Source: Mobula hypostoma (lineage: Eukaryota). Taken from it: DNA of 64,000 nt. Made by a program: the position numbers and the translations under genes. The stretch is from assembly GCF_963921235.1 (NCBI RefSeq), contig NC_086097.1, forward strand, positions 9,734,001 to 9,798,000, written 5' to 3'. Position 1 is the stretch's first letter, and every line of letters starts with the position of its first letter. This document shows positions 38,895 to 51,488 of this stretch, piece by piece. The notes under the pieces were generated by a model. It was not told where the DNA came from. It searched no databases and saw only the letters and a program-made list of their open reading frames with translations.

Positions 38895-39345
38895 ACATGG
38901 TCATTCTATCAGAGACCTGAAAGCAGGTTGTCATGGTAGAACTGGCAGTGCCTTAATAAAACTGGATTGAGGAGGCGTTTGAGCATAGAAAAGCAAATAC
39001 CGGGAGTTGGTAGAGTCGTGCCAGAGACAGTGGTGGAGGGCATGATGTAAGCCTATAGAGGGGGGGTGAAGAGGTTTTGCAGGCTAATTATTTTGCAGAA
39101 CCTATTCTGTCCTTGGCATTACAGGGTCTGCAAAGAAAAGAGTCATTAGGACCAGCACACAGGCTGCTGAACGTGCTTCCAGCCAGGTATGGATCAAGAG
39201 GTGCAAACAGTGGACCAATGCTTTGGGAACACAAGCCGGAGCCTGTTCGACCCAGGCTGGATTACCTGAGTGAGGGTGTCTGAAAGACCCAAAACACCCG
39301 ATGACCCCAGGTGACGTCACTGATCCTAGGATGTATCTCAGGATC
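38895..39345 (+). mobile_element. HERO-like RLE retrotransposon 3' fragment
   Basis: VMVELAVP**NWIEEAFEHRKA.YRELVESCQRQWWRA*CKPIEG..RGFAG and AAERASSQVWIKR. Confidence 0.7.
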
Positions 39346-39723
39346 AGTAGTGTCAATAGTGATTTCCCGAGATTGTATGCTTGATTTAACTTATTAATTT
39401 TGTTTGGCTTGTTTTTATTAGTGACTTCAACATGGCCAGGATGACGTTGAAATGGTTTGAATGATAGAGGGAAAATAAATTGTGTAGAACTGTGGACATG
39501 TGATATTTGGTGCTTATCCAACTTCAAACAGTTTTTCCTCAATTTTCCTCAGATTGCATTTATCTAAGTTGCTACCTTCCATCTTCCTTCTCCCTGTCCC
39601 CTCTGTTCATTCTTCCAGCCATGATCGATTCCATGGGAAGGGGCTACTGATAGACCTCATGTGGCAGCAACCAGTTTGCAAGGACATTTTGAAGACAGGT
39701 AACAATCCTTAATTTGTATTCAG

Positions 39724-40102
39724 TATTCATTTGTTCATTATGAGCCATGTCGTATGACATAGGCAATCATGGTCTTTCCATGACCATGATTGTTCTTGGC
39801 AAATTTTTCTGCAGAAATGGTTTGCCATTGTCTTCTTCTAAGCAGCGTCTTTACAAGACAGGTGACCCACTCTTTCTCAGTACTCCTCGGAGACTGTCCG
39901 TCTGATATCAGTGGTTACTTTACCCGGACTTGTGATATGCATCAGCTGCTGATATGACCATCCACCACCTGCTCCTATGGCTTTACATGACCCTGGTTAA
40001 GGGGCTAAGCAGGTGCTACACCTTGCCCAATGGTGATCTGCAGGCTAGCAGAGGAAAGGAGCACCTTACCTTTCGTAGAGATGTATCTCCACTCTGTCAC
40101 CC
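39724..40102 (-). mobile_element. RTE/Bov-A-like non-autonomous element, copy 2
   Basis: Full-length reverse-complement homology to 23384-23761. Confidence 0.75.
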
Positions 40103-40569
40103 ATTCAATGTAGAAGCTTAAAAAAGGGATAAAATGAACTTGGAAAACAGCAAAGACTTGAAGAATTGCTTTGGTGGAGTTGTAGAAGACACACCAGAAC
40201 TGTGGATACAGAAGATCAGATGCTTTACAACTCCATTGACTGAATTATTCCCACTTTCTGGTTGCCTCTGTATTCTCCCTGTGACTCTGTGGGTTTCCCA
40301 TGGGGTCTCCCGTTTCCTGTGCTTGTTATTGAGTGAAATGACTACTGAAAATAACCTCCAAAGTTGGTAACTTCACACAGAGGGTGGTGAGTATATGGAG
40401 TGAGCTCCAGAGAAAATGGTAGAGGCCAGTATGATAACACTGAAAGACATTTATGCAAGTATATGGATAGAGGTCCACTCAGAACCATCAGACTCAACAA
40501 CAGTTACCTTCCCCGAGCAGTAAGGCTGATCAACATCTCCACCCACTAGCCCAACACCACTAATTTCTA

Positions 40570-40755
40570 AATAAGAGAAATACTGCAGATGCTGGAAATC
40601 CAATCAATACAATCAAAACGCTGGAGAAATTCAGCAGACCTGGCAGCATCTATGGGAAAAAAAAGTGGGTCGATGTTTCGGGCCTGGAACGTCGACTGTA
40701 CTTTTTTCATAGATGCCGCCTGGCCTGCCGAGTTCCTCCAGCGTTCTGTGTGTAC
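40570..40755. mobile_element. Penelope-derived foldback centred inside the hammerhead
   Basis: ..GGCAGCATCTATG..GTCGATGTTTCGGGCC|TGGAACGTCGACTG..CATAGATGCCGCC..; inverted arms. Confidence 0.75.
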
Positions 40756-41246
40756 AGCTACTTTATAATTTCCTTTCAGAGTCACCTTATGTACAGACAC
40801 TCCTGTGCCAAGTGTCACTTTATGTACATACAATCAATGTACATTTATAAGCTATCTTATGTATTTATATTTATTGTTTTTATTATTATAGTGTTCTTTA
40901 TTTTATTATGTTTTTTTGTGTTTTATTGGATCCAGTGTGACAATAATTTCATTCTCCTTATACTTGTGTACAGGAAACAACCTTGAATCTTGAATCAAAC
41001 TTGAATCTTAAAACCATAACAGCATAAGAGTGTGCTCTGCGATTTCATCATCGCTGATCCATTTTCCCTCTCAACCCCAACCTCCTGCCTTCTCTCCGAG
41101 TCCCTTCATGCCCTAAATAATCAGGAATCTATCAACCCCTGCCTTAAAGATACCTAATGACTTTGCCTCCACAGCCGCCTGTGGCAACAAATTCCACAGA
41201 TTCACCACTCTCTGGCTGAAGGATGTTGAATAGAAATGATTTAGAG

Positions 41247-41326
41247 CAGGGTTTCCCAACCTAGGGTTCATGGACCCCTCAATCAATGGTTGGAGTCCAT
41301 GGCATAAAAAAGGTTGGGAAACCCTA
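41247..41326. mobile_element. 80-bp hAT-like MITE
   Basis: TIRs CAGGGTTTCCCAACCT and AGGTTGGGAAACCCTA; imperfect 8-bp flanks ATTTAGAG and CTTTGGAG. Confidence 0.65.
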
Positions 41327-41907
41327 CTTTGGAGATATGGGCCAAATGCGTCTTGGTTGGCATGGACTGTTGGCCGAAGGGGCCTGTTTTCAAACCATGT
41401 GACTCTACGACTGCTGATAGAATCAAGGAAGTCTTAACTGGTTAGTAAGTAAGAACAGATTAGAATGAAATTAATGGGGAAGTTAGATTGATTAGATTGC
41501 TGTGACTGCCACTGAAGGACATCAAATTGGGGAGAGTCATTCCTATTACTTGATACAGTTTTCACATTGCAATGTTAAGAGAGAGGAAGGTGACAAGGCT
41601 GTACTGCCCACACTGGCAACAGATCAGAATTCCATGTTTATCGACATCATGATTTTCCTGGTTTACATCCGTCTGCTGGACAGTCAATGCCACATCTTTT
41701 CCAATATGCTGTTCTGCAGTGTGCTCAGTGCCATCTTGGTCCCTGAAGTGCCCAAGGAAGAGAGGTTGACATATCTACCTCATGGGCATCATGGCCCGAG
41801 ATGGCTCTTGTAGTTACAAGTGAGAAATATTGCCTTCCCACCCACCACCACCACCCCCACCACCACCCCCGCCATTTTGGCATAAGGGTATCAGTTTTTA
41901 TTAGCCA

Positions 41908-42702
41908 CACTGGACAACATTTTTTTTGAAAGAGTTGCTTCGTCAGAATTTTCTTTTGTTTATGATAGACGCTTGAAGCTGAACTCAAATATAATTTCAG
42001 ACTACTTATATCACATAGGAACCTGGAGAAACGAGAAATTAACTCATTGAATACAATGAGTTTAATTGCATAGTGGTACTGACATTTTGCAATAGTTTAA
42101 TGAAATTGTTTTGTTGATGCTTTACATTTATACTCAGTGTCTGAGGCTTCATGTTTAAGTATCCAACAATAATCGGCCAGCATTGATGGATTCCAGTTGC
42201 CCTGATACCGTTTCTCCATGACCGCAATGTCCTGGTGAAACCTTTCACCATGCTCGTCACTGACAGCACCAGGATTTGCAGGGAAGAAGTATAAAAGGGA
42301 ATGCAGAAAATGAATCTTTAGTGACATATTGCATTTCATGGCTTTGTATGCTTGAAGCAAGTTGTCAACTAGCTGCACATAGTTTGGTGCTCTGTAGTTG
42401 CCAAGAAATTTTTCAACAATATCCTTGAATGCTTTCCATGCAATTTGCTCCAGTTCCACTAGAAGTTGTTGAATTGCCTGTCATTGATGACCTGTTTGAT
42501 TTGTGAACCAACAAAAATACCTTCCTTATTCTTGGCATAAGTTATTCTGACCTGAATTATGAATTGAAATCATAAACATAGGTGATTTTTTAAAAAATGG
42601 TGCACGATAGGGAAAGTTCATGGTGATTTTCATGATCTGCAGCCCAAAATCCATAAGATACACCCAAAAGTATTCCATAAGTAAAATCTTTGTCGTCCAG
42701 TG
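41908..42702 (-). mobile_element. Internally deleted Chapaev3-like (CMC superfamily) DNA transposon
   Basis: TIRs CACTGGACAAC and GTCGTCCAGTG; ORF 42097..42459 has MSLKIHFLHS..FFP.N.GAVSDEHGERFHQDI..MEKRYQG.W...MLADYCW, preceded by AKNKEGIFVGSQIK. Confidence 0.7.
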
Positions 42703-43474
42703 TTAGTGCTGCTAAATAACCAAATAATTTACTTGCAAGTCCACTTAAGAATCAGAGATGGCCCATGATACAATAAAAAATTGGGCTTCTAGTTAAATTG
42801 ATCACATGGAAGGAAGAGTTAGGAAATGAAGATTTTAATATATTTAGTTATAACTTTTTAAAAGAAAAAAATAATTAAAACATTGCATCTGATTTTTTTT
42901 TACCTCAGTATAACCTATACCTCAGGGCACAATCCAATGAAGCAGACAGTTAAATGAATAATTTTTCATAACATAATAAATGCCCATGAGAGAATGACTA
43001 CTTGCTCTTCCGCCACGCAAGAGCAAATCAGATATTTTCAGTGAACTCTCAAGTTAAAGAGAAGATGACAGTGCGATGCCTCGATATGTAACAGATAGAA
43101 GATGGTAAGTGAATGACTAATGACTCTGGCCACCGATAATGGCAACTAATCAATCCTGAATATAATGTGTAATTTAGTTTAAATTCTGCTCTATTATTCA
43201 GTAATGCTGTAAACCATTTGCTGATGTTTTAAATTTCTGGTCAGAATTAGGAACACTACACTAATGCATACAAATACACTGATGCATACGAGTAAGAGTC
43301 AGAAAAGTACTTAAATATGCTAACTGTAATGTAAACCGGAAGAACTGGCCAAACAATGATTGCAATAATTCAAGAAATACAATAAAACTGATCTATGATT
43401 TGTAGCTTTTGGCTGAAAATGTAACATAGCATATTCAATTTAACATATTGTTTTTATTAAGTATCTTCCAAGAG

Positions 43475-43845
43475 GTCCACAACCATGTCATAGGAAACTT
43501 GCAGGCTCAATGACCTGGAGAGCTATGTTGGCTGGAGTCAGGGCTTTATGCTTTGGCTTTTGGTAGGGTCACCCATGCAAAACAGGTCAAAGGGTAGAGG
43601 CCACACTGAGAGGTCCACTGGTCCGCTAGGCTCAAGAGTCCATTTCAGGGTTAACAACCCTTTCTGGTCTAAAAAAAATTGTTATGGAAACAGCAATGAA
43701 GAATCGTTCTACATCTGTGTGCAACTGAGGACACTAAACCACACCTGGGGAAGAGTAGAGGACATGGCCAAGGACGGACAGAGATAAAGGAACTGCATTG
43801 CTGCCCTAAATGCCAGTGGCATAACGGGTAATAAGTAAATAAGTG
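43475..43845 (+). mobile_element. Bipartite RTE-derived non-autonomous element (5' UTR fused to 3' end)
   Basis: AATGACCTGGAGAGCTATGTTGG..GGTAGGGTCACCCATG..AAACAGGTC resembles an RTE/Expander 5' UTR; joined to an ORF end reading LNHTWGRVEDMAKDGQR and a (TAAG)n tail. Confidence 0.6.
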
Positions 43846-43904
43846 TTATTAAGTATAATACCTGCAGTCTGAATTTATTTCAAATTTAGATTTTTAGATT
43901 GTCA

Positions 43905-44290
43905 TATTGGTAGCACATTCACGTTTATCTCAGGAACTCTGGGCTCAAGCACTTATCTGGAGATTCTAGTCCATAGTTAGGCTGGCAGTTCAGTATTAAT
44001 CTGAAAGAGTTTGGCTCTGTCAGATGATCTATCTTTTGAATGAAGTGTTTACTGATGCCATGTCTGTCCTCTCAGACACGTGGAAACAATCCCATGTCAT
44101 TACTTAAAGAAAACCATCATTCAACCAGTCTTGGCCAGCTTTAACCATCACTGAATTAGATCACATATTCTATTATTTTTCATGAAAACTTGTGGTGATT
44201 GAATTGGTTGCTGTACTTCTTACATTTCAATAGTGAAAGTATTCACCATCTGCAAATACCATGGAACACCCGAATGTATATTAAATAAAT
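43905..44290 (+). mobile_element. Ancient DeuSINE-like element
   Basis: Degenerate tRNA-like head and Deu-domain-like CTGTCAGATG..CTTTTGAATGAAGTGTT..CTGTCCTCTCAG. Confidence 0.45.
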
Positions 44291-44352
44291 CTAAGTTTTT
44301 TCCATTTGTTTTAAAGCAAGATCCTATTTAGGATTTCTCACATTCTCACATT

Positions 44353-44635
44353 GGGCGCCATGGTAGCAGAGCGGCTAATGTGACACTATTATAACTTGGT
44401 GTGTTCCAGGGTTCAGAGTTCAATTCCGGAGCTGTCTGTAAGGATTTCTATGTTTTCCCCCTGAACTGCATGGGTTCCTCCCTCAGTCTAAAGGCATACC
44501 GTTTAGTAGCTTATTTGGTCTTTGTAAATTGTCCTGTGATTAGGCTAGGGTTAAATAGGTGGGTTGCTGGACAGTAGCTCGTTGGGCTGGAAAGGACTGT
44601 TCCACATTGTATTTCTAAATAAACAATAAAAATAA
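44353..44635 (+). mobile_element. V-SINE (HE1-like)
   Basis: Homologous to 1048-1346; A- and B-box-like motifs and an A-rich tail. Confidence 0.75.
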
Positions 44636-46169
44636 TTTAAAAAAGAATGATGATAAGATAAGCCAATAATTCACATTTCAGTAGATTTAGAAGTAATGCT
44701 TCCTGATGAAAATTACCAGAGTTGAGAGCCACCATATTTATTATGTGTCATAATGCAGACTATGCTCCAAGCCTATGCTGTTGTTCAAGATGGCAAAGTT
44801 TTCTTTCTAGGACCAATCAACAATCCTAGATGGTGGGATTGAAGGTGATAGATTACAAGCAGCCGACCTTGTCAAATACAGTTTCCATGTCATCTGATGA
44901 AGAGCTTTGGGTCTGGCATTTGGAACACACTAGGGCATGTGTCCAAGCAGCAAAATACTTCCAAATTCAGATATCAAGGACTGTTTAAAAAAGTATTTTG
45001 CTCCTAATTCTGTACAATATCAAAGAGGTGCTTATTTAAATTTATCTTAGTCTTCTGGCATTTAGTATGCTGAATACAATAGAGTCATAGAACACTACAG
45101 CACAGGAACAGACCCTTTGGCCCATCTAGTACATGATGAGTTATTAATCTGCCTAGTCCCATTGACCTGTACCTGGATCATAACCCTCCAGACCCCTCCC
45201 ATACATGTACCTATCCAAATTTCTCTTAAATATTGAAATTAACATCCATCATTTGCACCAGCAGCTCATTCCACACTCTCACCACCCTCTGAGTGAAGAA
45301 GTTCCTTGTCATGTTCCCCTCAAACATTTCACCTTTCATTCTTAATCCATGACCTCTAATTCTAGTCTGACCCAATCTCAGTGAAAAAGTATGTTTGTAT
45401 TTATCCTTTCAATACCTCTCATAAATTTGTACACTTTAGTCTAAAACAGACCAAAACCAGAAAAATTTGAAAGAGCTCAAACTTCCAAGCAGCATCTGTC
45501 AGGAACATTAGAGAACTCAAGAGCAAGAATCACAGAGACTTCGGCAATTCAAAAAAAAACAAAAGATTTATGACAGAAATTAACCATAAAAATGAACAAG
45601 AACTCAGGCAAACTGTACAGAATCTTGAAGGCCTGAAATCGCTTACGATATGCAGAAGAATTTTGTCGAAGTTTCACCAGGCATGACCCACAATAACCGA
45701 GCAAAGAAGAGCTGGCCTGTCCCGTTGAAATTTGCCATAGATCATGTAGGAATTCAGGACTAATCAGATAGCCCCAGTGTCCAGATGAAGCAATAATCGC
45801 CAAAGACAACAATTACAATGCAAGACATTGAAAATCCCCTGCTAACTTAATTTCCCCAAATTAAAGAAAAGTGATAAATACAAAGAGATTAACAATCACT
45901 ATGATACAAAATGAGACCCCTACTACACAAAGTGAAAACCCAGAGTTCATCCAAAGACAAACAATTAGACATAAAAAGTAAACAATCCAAGGAATACTGC
46001 ATACCCACAAGGTGACCCTGAGAAAATACAATCCACATACAATCTGAAAAATAACCATTTCTTTTATTTTTTAAAATGACTTCTGGTTGTGACAACACTG
46101 GTAGAAAGAGAAACAAGTTTAAGTTTTGTGTCAGGTACTCATCCCCAGAATTGGGGTTAGAATGAAGTG

Positions 46170-47052
46170 ATTACAGTCTCCAAAGCAGATTGGTTGGTGT
46201 GGATTGTTTTCGGATGACTCTGCCATAGTTGGATGCATCAGCAAGGGAGGAAACTTTGTCACATGATGTGAGCAGAATTATCTGCAGCTTAATGTGAAAA
46301 AGACTAAGGAGCTGGTGGTAGACCTGAGGAGAGCTAAGGTACCGGTGACCCCTGTTTCCATCCAGGGGGTCAGTGTGGATTTGGTGGATGATTACAAATA
46401 CCTGGGGATACGAATTCACAATAAACTGGACTGGTCAAAGAACACTAAGGCTGTCAACAAGAAGGGTCAGAGCCGCCTCTATCTCCTGAGGAGACCGAGG
46501 TCCTTTAACATCTGCCGGATGATGCTGAGGATGTTCTACGAGTCTGTGGTGGCCAGTGCTATCATGTTTACTGTTGTGTGCTGGGCCAGCAGGCTGAGGG
46601 TAGCAGACACCAACAGAATCAACAAACTCTTTGTAAGGCCAGTGATGTTGTGGGGATGGAACTGGACTCTCTGACGGTGGTGTCTGAAAAGAGGATGCTG
46701 TCCAAGTTGCATGCCATCTTGGTCAATGTCTCCCATACACTACATAATGTACTGGGTGGGCACAGGAGCACATTCAGCCAGAGACTCATTCCACCGAGAT
46801 GCAGCACAGAGCGTTATAGGAAGTCATTCCTGCCTATGGCCATCAAACTTTACAACTCTTCCCTTGGAGGGTCAGACACCCTGAGCCAATAGGCTGGTCC
46901 TGGATTTATTTCATAATTTACTGGCATAATTTACATACTACTATTTAACTATTTATGGTTCTATTTCTACTTATTATTTATGGTGCAACTGTAATGAAAA
47001 CCAATTTCCATCGGGATCAATAAAGTATGACTATGACTACGACTATGACTGT
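46170..47052 (+). mobile_element. Rex1/Babar LINE 3' part
   Basis: KKTKELVVDLRR..YKYLGIRIHNKLDWSKNT..RLYLLRR..FYESVVASAI; AATAAA and (GACTAT)n tail. Confidence 0.88.
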
Positions 47053-47474
47053 GATTGCGAGGAGCGGGGAGGAATGAGGTACAAGAAAACACTTTACAAG
47101 GAAATAGATTAAGACAGATTAGATGTTAAGGATTAGAGTAAGACATTCTAAGGAAACAAACAAAATATGAATTGCTGGAAGAACTCAGTGAATCAACAGC
47201 ATTTGTGCAAAAGGATGTTCACCACTTCGGGTTGAGACCCTGTGTCAGTCCTTATGCAGGGTCTTGAATTTGCCTCCAGCAGTTTGAATTTTCCTCCCAT
47301 TTCCAGCATCTGCAGACACCCTTGTGTCAAAGTGAGCTGAGAAGTTGACAGACACATCAAAATGGGAAACAACGTGAGGGCAGTGTTCAAGGTTCATTCC
47401 TGAAGGTTGCTAAATACTGAGATGGTGTTTCTCTTGTTAAAATGGAGCTTAGCTATGTTAGTAAAAGAGGTTTT

Positions 47475-47870
47475 ATATCTGTTTGTGTAGCCTCCAACCT
47501 AATGGCATGAATATCGACTTCTCTTTCAGATAAACAAATTCTCCCATGCCCCCACTTCCCCTAATTTCCATTCTGACCTTTTACTTCTTCGTATTTGCCC
47601 TTCACTTCCCCCTGGGTCCCCTTCTCCTTCTCTTTCTCCTCTGGTCCACTCTCCTCCTCTCCTATCTGATTCTTTCCTTTCCACCTACCTGACTTCACCT
47701 CTCCCTTTCCAGCAAGCCTCTTCCCCCTCCCTTCACCTTTTTTATTCTGGCCCCTTTCCCCTTCCTACTCAGTCCTGAAGAAGCAGTCTTGGCCCAAAAA
47801 GTTCTCTGTTTATTCATTTCCACAGCTGCTCCCTGACCTGCTGAATTCCTCCAGCACTTTGTACGTATTC
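47475..47870 (+). mobile_element. Penelope-like ORF end plus 3' UTR
   Basis: SLQPNGMNIDFS followed by a pyrimidine-rich UTR and a decayed hammerhead at ~47770-47800. Confidence 0.75.
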
Positions 47871-48459
47871 TTGCCTGCTGTTTCTGATTGAATTTATCTC
47901 AAAATGAGTAGCTTGGAAAAGTAGTAAATTAATAAAAAAACAGTGGAAGCAGCTCAAATGGGTTTAATTAGTTCATATTGTTGAGGTAATCTGGAAGTCT
48001 AATCAACAATAACGGGAGAGAAATTAGCAACATCTATAAAAATAATTTCAAATTAGACATACTGCTTGTTGGAGTGGTTCACACATTTTTCTGTGCAGTG
48101 TTAACATCCTCTATTGAATTTTCTTTTCCCACTGATGGAACTCTGACTGCCTGTACACAGAGAACTGGCTGTTAGCTAGGCTTATCCTGAAAGTTAGAGG
48201 TTTACAGAGACCACAGCTCTTGGGGATTGTTGAAATGCTGGTTAACAGTAACGACACAATGGGAGTCACAAGCAATAAGGCCAACATTTGCAAGCAAGCA
48301 CCATCAAAGACAAACTTCTTTAGGCATTTGGGATTTGTTTTGCATAGAACTCCAAAAATTTTGTAACGTATACATAAATTTCATATATGCTTTTCTTGCA
48401 AACAAACTAATGCCAAGTTTATTATAAAAAGTGAATAGTTGCCAAGAGAAAACTTAAAA

Positions 48460-49010
48460 CTACAATGCCGTGCAAAAATCTTAGGCATATACAATGCATA
48501 GAGCTTGGGTGCCTAAGACTTTTGCACAGTTCTGTAATAATGTTATGTATTGCACTGTACTGCACTGCTGCAAAACTCCCACAAGTTTCATGGCATATGT
48601 GAGTGATGATAAACCCGATTCTGATGTGGGTCTCTATTGTGGACTGAGAGTGGGAAGGAAGCAGGAGGAGGGGAATCATGGTTAGGAAAATGGGAAGCAA
48701 GAGGGGAGAGAGTGGGAGGCCACAGAAAGACATTCAGCAATGATCAATATACCAGCTGTTTGGAATCAAATGACCTTGCCTGGTGTCTCAGGGTTGGATG
48801 TGTCTGCACCCGTACCAACCTCTGCCCCTGGCACTCCTGTCCCATTGCCCTCCCACAGCAGTCCAGCCTTATCATTCCCAACATCCTTGCTCCCACCAGA
48901 TTTACAAACTTACTGCCCACTCTATGTTGACAAGTACAGTATTGTGCAAAAGTCTTAGGCAGCCTAACTATATATGTTGTATGTGTCTGAGACTTTTGAA
49001 TAGTACTGTA
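48460..49010. mobile_element. Composite bounded by two Tc1-like palindromic MITE units
   Basis: GTGCAAAA(A/G)TCTTAGGCA...(G)TG(C/T)CT(A/G)AGACTTTTG palindromes at both ends; LINE-tail-like and unassigned sequence between them. Confidence 0.5.
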
Positions 49011-49349
49011 AAGACTTTTCACAAAAACATGGTTCTGTAAATAATACTTCATGGAAATTTGTATATATTAGGAGGTTTGCAGCTTTCATCTTTTATTTCC
49101 CATTTGCAAACTCAATTCACTAACTAATTACACCAGCACTCTCCCTACCTCCTTAAGAAAGCCATTCCAAAACTTGATCCTGAGTTTGGGTCCAAATACC
49201 TGTTCCTTTATTGTGGCTGCCTATACACTCAGTGGCCACTTTATTAGGTACAGCTGTACACCTGCTTATTAACACCAAGTATCTAATCAGCCAATCATGT
49301 AGCAACAACTCAATATATAAAAGCATGCAGACATAGTCAGGGGGTTCTG

Positions 49350-49702
49350 GGATACAGAGAGAGATGATGAGAAATAAATTAAGGGAGTTGGGGGATGCAG
49401 GAATTCACATTAAAAGGGTTGCTGGGCATGGGTGAGAGAGCTAAAAGTCTGGGTATTTTTAGTGTTTTTAAGGAGTACAGGGGTTTTTTATAGAATATGA
49501 CAAATAAACGGGAATAGGATACTAGGATGGTCAAAGATGGGAGGGTGAAGTATATATATGTGTGTGTGCGCGCGCATGCGCGCGATTGGGTGAAGGGATT
49601 TAGAATGTATGTCTAGTGCACATTCTGGAACAGAGGGTGGCGGTAGTGCACCATTAAGCTGGATGCCAACCGCCGTAAAGCAAGATACAGACAGACAGAC
49701 AA
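49350..49702 (+). mobile_element. LINE 3' end (possibly I/Nimb clade) with 9-bp TSD
   Basis: GGGGTTCTG at 49341-49349 and 49703-49711; terminal GGCGGT..ACCGCC stem and (CAGA)n tail; clade assignment is from recall only. Confidence 0.5.
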
Positions 49703-49768
49703 GGGGTTCTGTTGTTGTTCAGACCAAAATCAGAGTGGAGAAATAAAAAGGAAGATGAGAGTTGATAT

Positions 49769-49913
49769 GAGGAAATCTGCAGATGCTGGAGTTTCAAGCA
49801 ACACACATAAAAGTTGCTGGTGAATGCAGCAGACCAGGCAGCATCTATAGAAAGAGGTACAGTCGACGTTTCAGGCCGGGACCCTTCGTCAGGAACTTTT
49901 ATTAATGTTGTTT
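49769..49913. mobile_element. Penelope-derived mini-foldback with exact 15-bp TSD
   Basis: GATGAGAGTTGATAT at 49754-49768 and 49914-49928; minus-strand PLE 3' end with hammerhead core at 49861-49894, then a ~20-nt inverted arm. Confidence 0.85.
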
Positions 49914-51157
49914 GATGAGAGTTGATATTGGATGACTGGAAAATTATGCTGGTGAGGTAGTAATGAGGGAAAAGAAAGGGCAGTTGAACTTAATGAGTAG
50001 TTTGCATCAGTCTTCACTGTAGAAGACAATAGCAGTGTACCAGAGGTCCAGGAGTGAGGTCAGGGAGAAGAGTGAGAGCCATTGTCGTTACAAAGGAAAA
50101 AGTGCTGGGGAAACTCAAAGGTCTTCAGGTGGATAAGTCACCTGGACAAGATAGACTACATACCAGAGTCCTGAGAGAGGTTACTGAAGAGATAGCAGAT
50201 GCATTGGTCATGGTTTTTCAAGAACCACTTGATTCTGGCATGGTTCCAGAGGACTAGAATTTTCAAATAACACTCCACTCTTTAAGAAGGGAGGAAAACA
50301 AAAGAAAGGAAACTATAAGCCAGTTCACTTAACCTTAGTGGTTGGGAAAGTGTTGGGGTCTATTATTAAGGATGAGGTTACAGGATATTTGGAGACTAAT
50401 GATGAAATAAGTCAAGGTCAGTATGGTTTCTTTTAAAGGGAAATCTTGCCTGAAAAATTGGTGAGAATTCTTTGAGGAAGTAACTAGCTGGGTGGACAAA
50501 GGAGAGGTAGTGGCTGTCATTTACTTCAGTTTTCAAAAGACGTTTGATAAGGTACTACACATGACATTGCTTAACAAGATACAATCCTCTGGCATTACGG
50601 GAAAGATACTGCCAGAAGGCAACAAGTTGGAAAAAATGGGGGCTTTTCTTGTTGGCTGCCAGTGACTAGTGGTGTCTCTAAGTGGTCAGTATAGGCACCA
50701 TTACTTTTCCCATTGTTTGTCAATAATTTAGATAATGGTATTGATGGCTTTGTGGCAAAGTTTGTGGATGATACGAACATAGGTGGATGTTGAGGAAGCA
50801 ATATGATTGCAGCAGGACCTGGACAAATTGGAAGAATGGGCAATAAAGTGGCAGATGCAATATAGTGTTGGGAAATGGACGATAATGCATTTTGGTAAAA
50901 GGAACAATAAAGCTGACTATTATCTACATAGGGAGAAGATTCAAACATCAGAGGTGCAGAGGGACTTATGAGTCCTTGTGCAAGACTCCCAGTAAGTTAA
51001 TATACAGGTTGAGTCTCTGGTAAAAAAAATTAAAATGCAAATTTGGCATTTATTTCAAGGGGAATAGAATATTAAAACAAGGAGATAATGCAGAGCAACA
51101 CACATCAAAGTTGCTGGTGAACGCAGCAGGCCAGGCAGCATCTATAGGAAGAGGCGC

Positions 51158-51193
51158 AGTCGACGTTTCAGGCCGAGACCCTTCGTCAGGACT
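51158..51193 (-). ncRNA. Minimal type I hammerhead ribozyme motif
   Basis: AGUC-CUGACGA-AGG-GUCUCGG-CCU-GAAA-CG-UC-GACU: stem I AGUC/GACU, intact core, stem II AGG/CCU, loopless palindromic ACGU stem III. Confidence 0.85.
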
Positions 51194-51488
51194 AACTGAA
51201 GGAAGAGTGAGTAAGGGATTTGAAAGCTGGAGGGGGAGGGGGAGATGCAAAATTATAGGAGAAGACAGGAGGGGGAGGGATAGAGCCGAGAGCTGGACAG
51301 GTGATAGGCAAAAGGGGATACGAGAGGATCATGGGACAGGAGGTCCGGGAAGAAAGACGGGGGGGGGGGGTGACCCAGAGGATGGGCAAGAGGTATATTC
51401 AGAGGGACAGAGGGAGAAAAAGGAGAGTGAGAGAAAGAATGTGTGCATAAAAATGAGTAACAGCTGGGGTACGAGGGGGAGGTGGGGC

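Noticed and set aside
45500..45830. Possible L1/Tx1 ORF1 remnant
   Set aside because: Similarity is too faint to support by eye.
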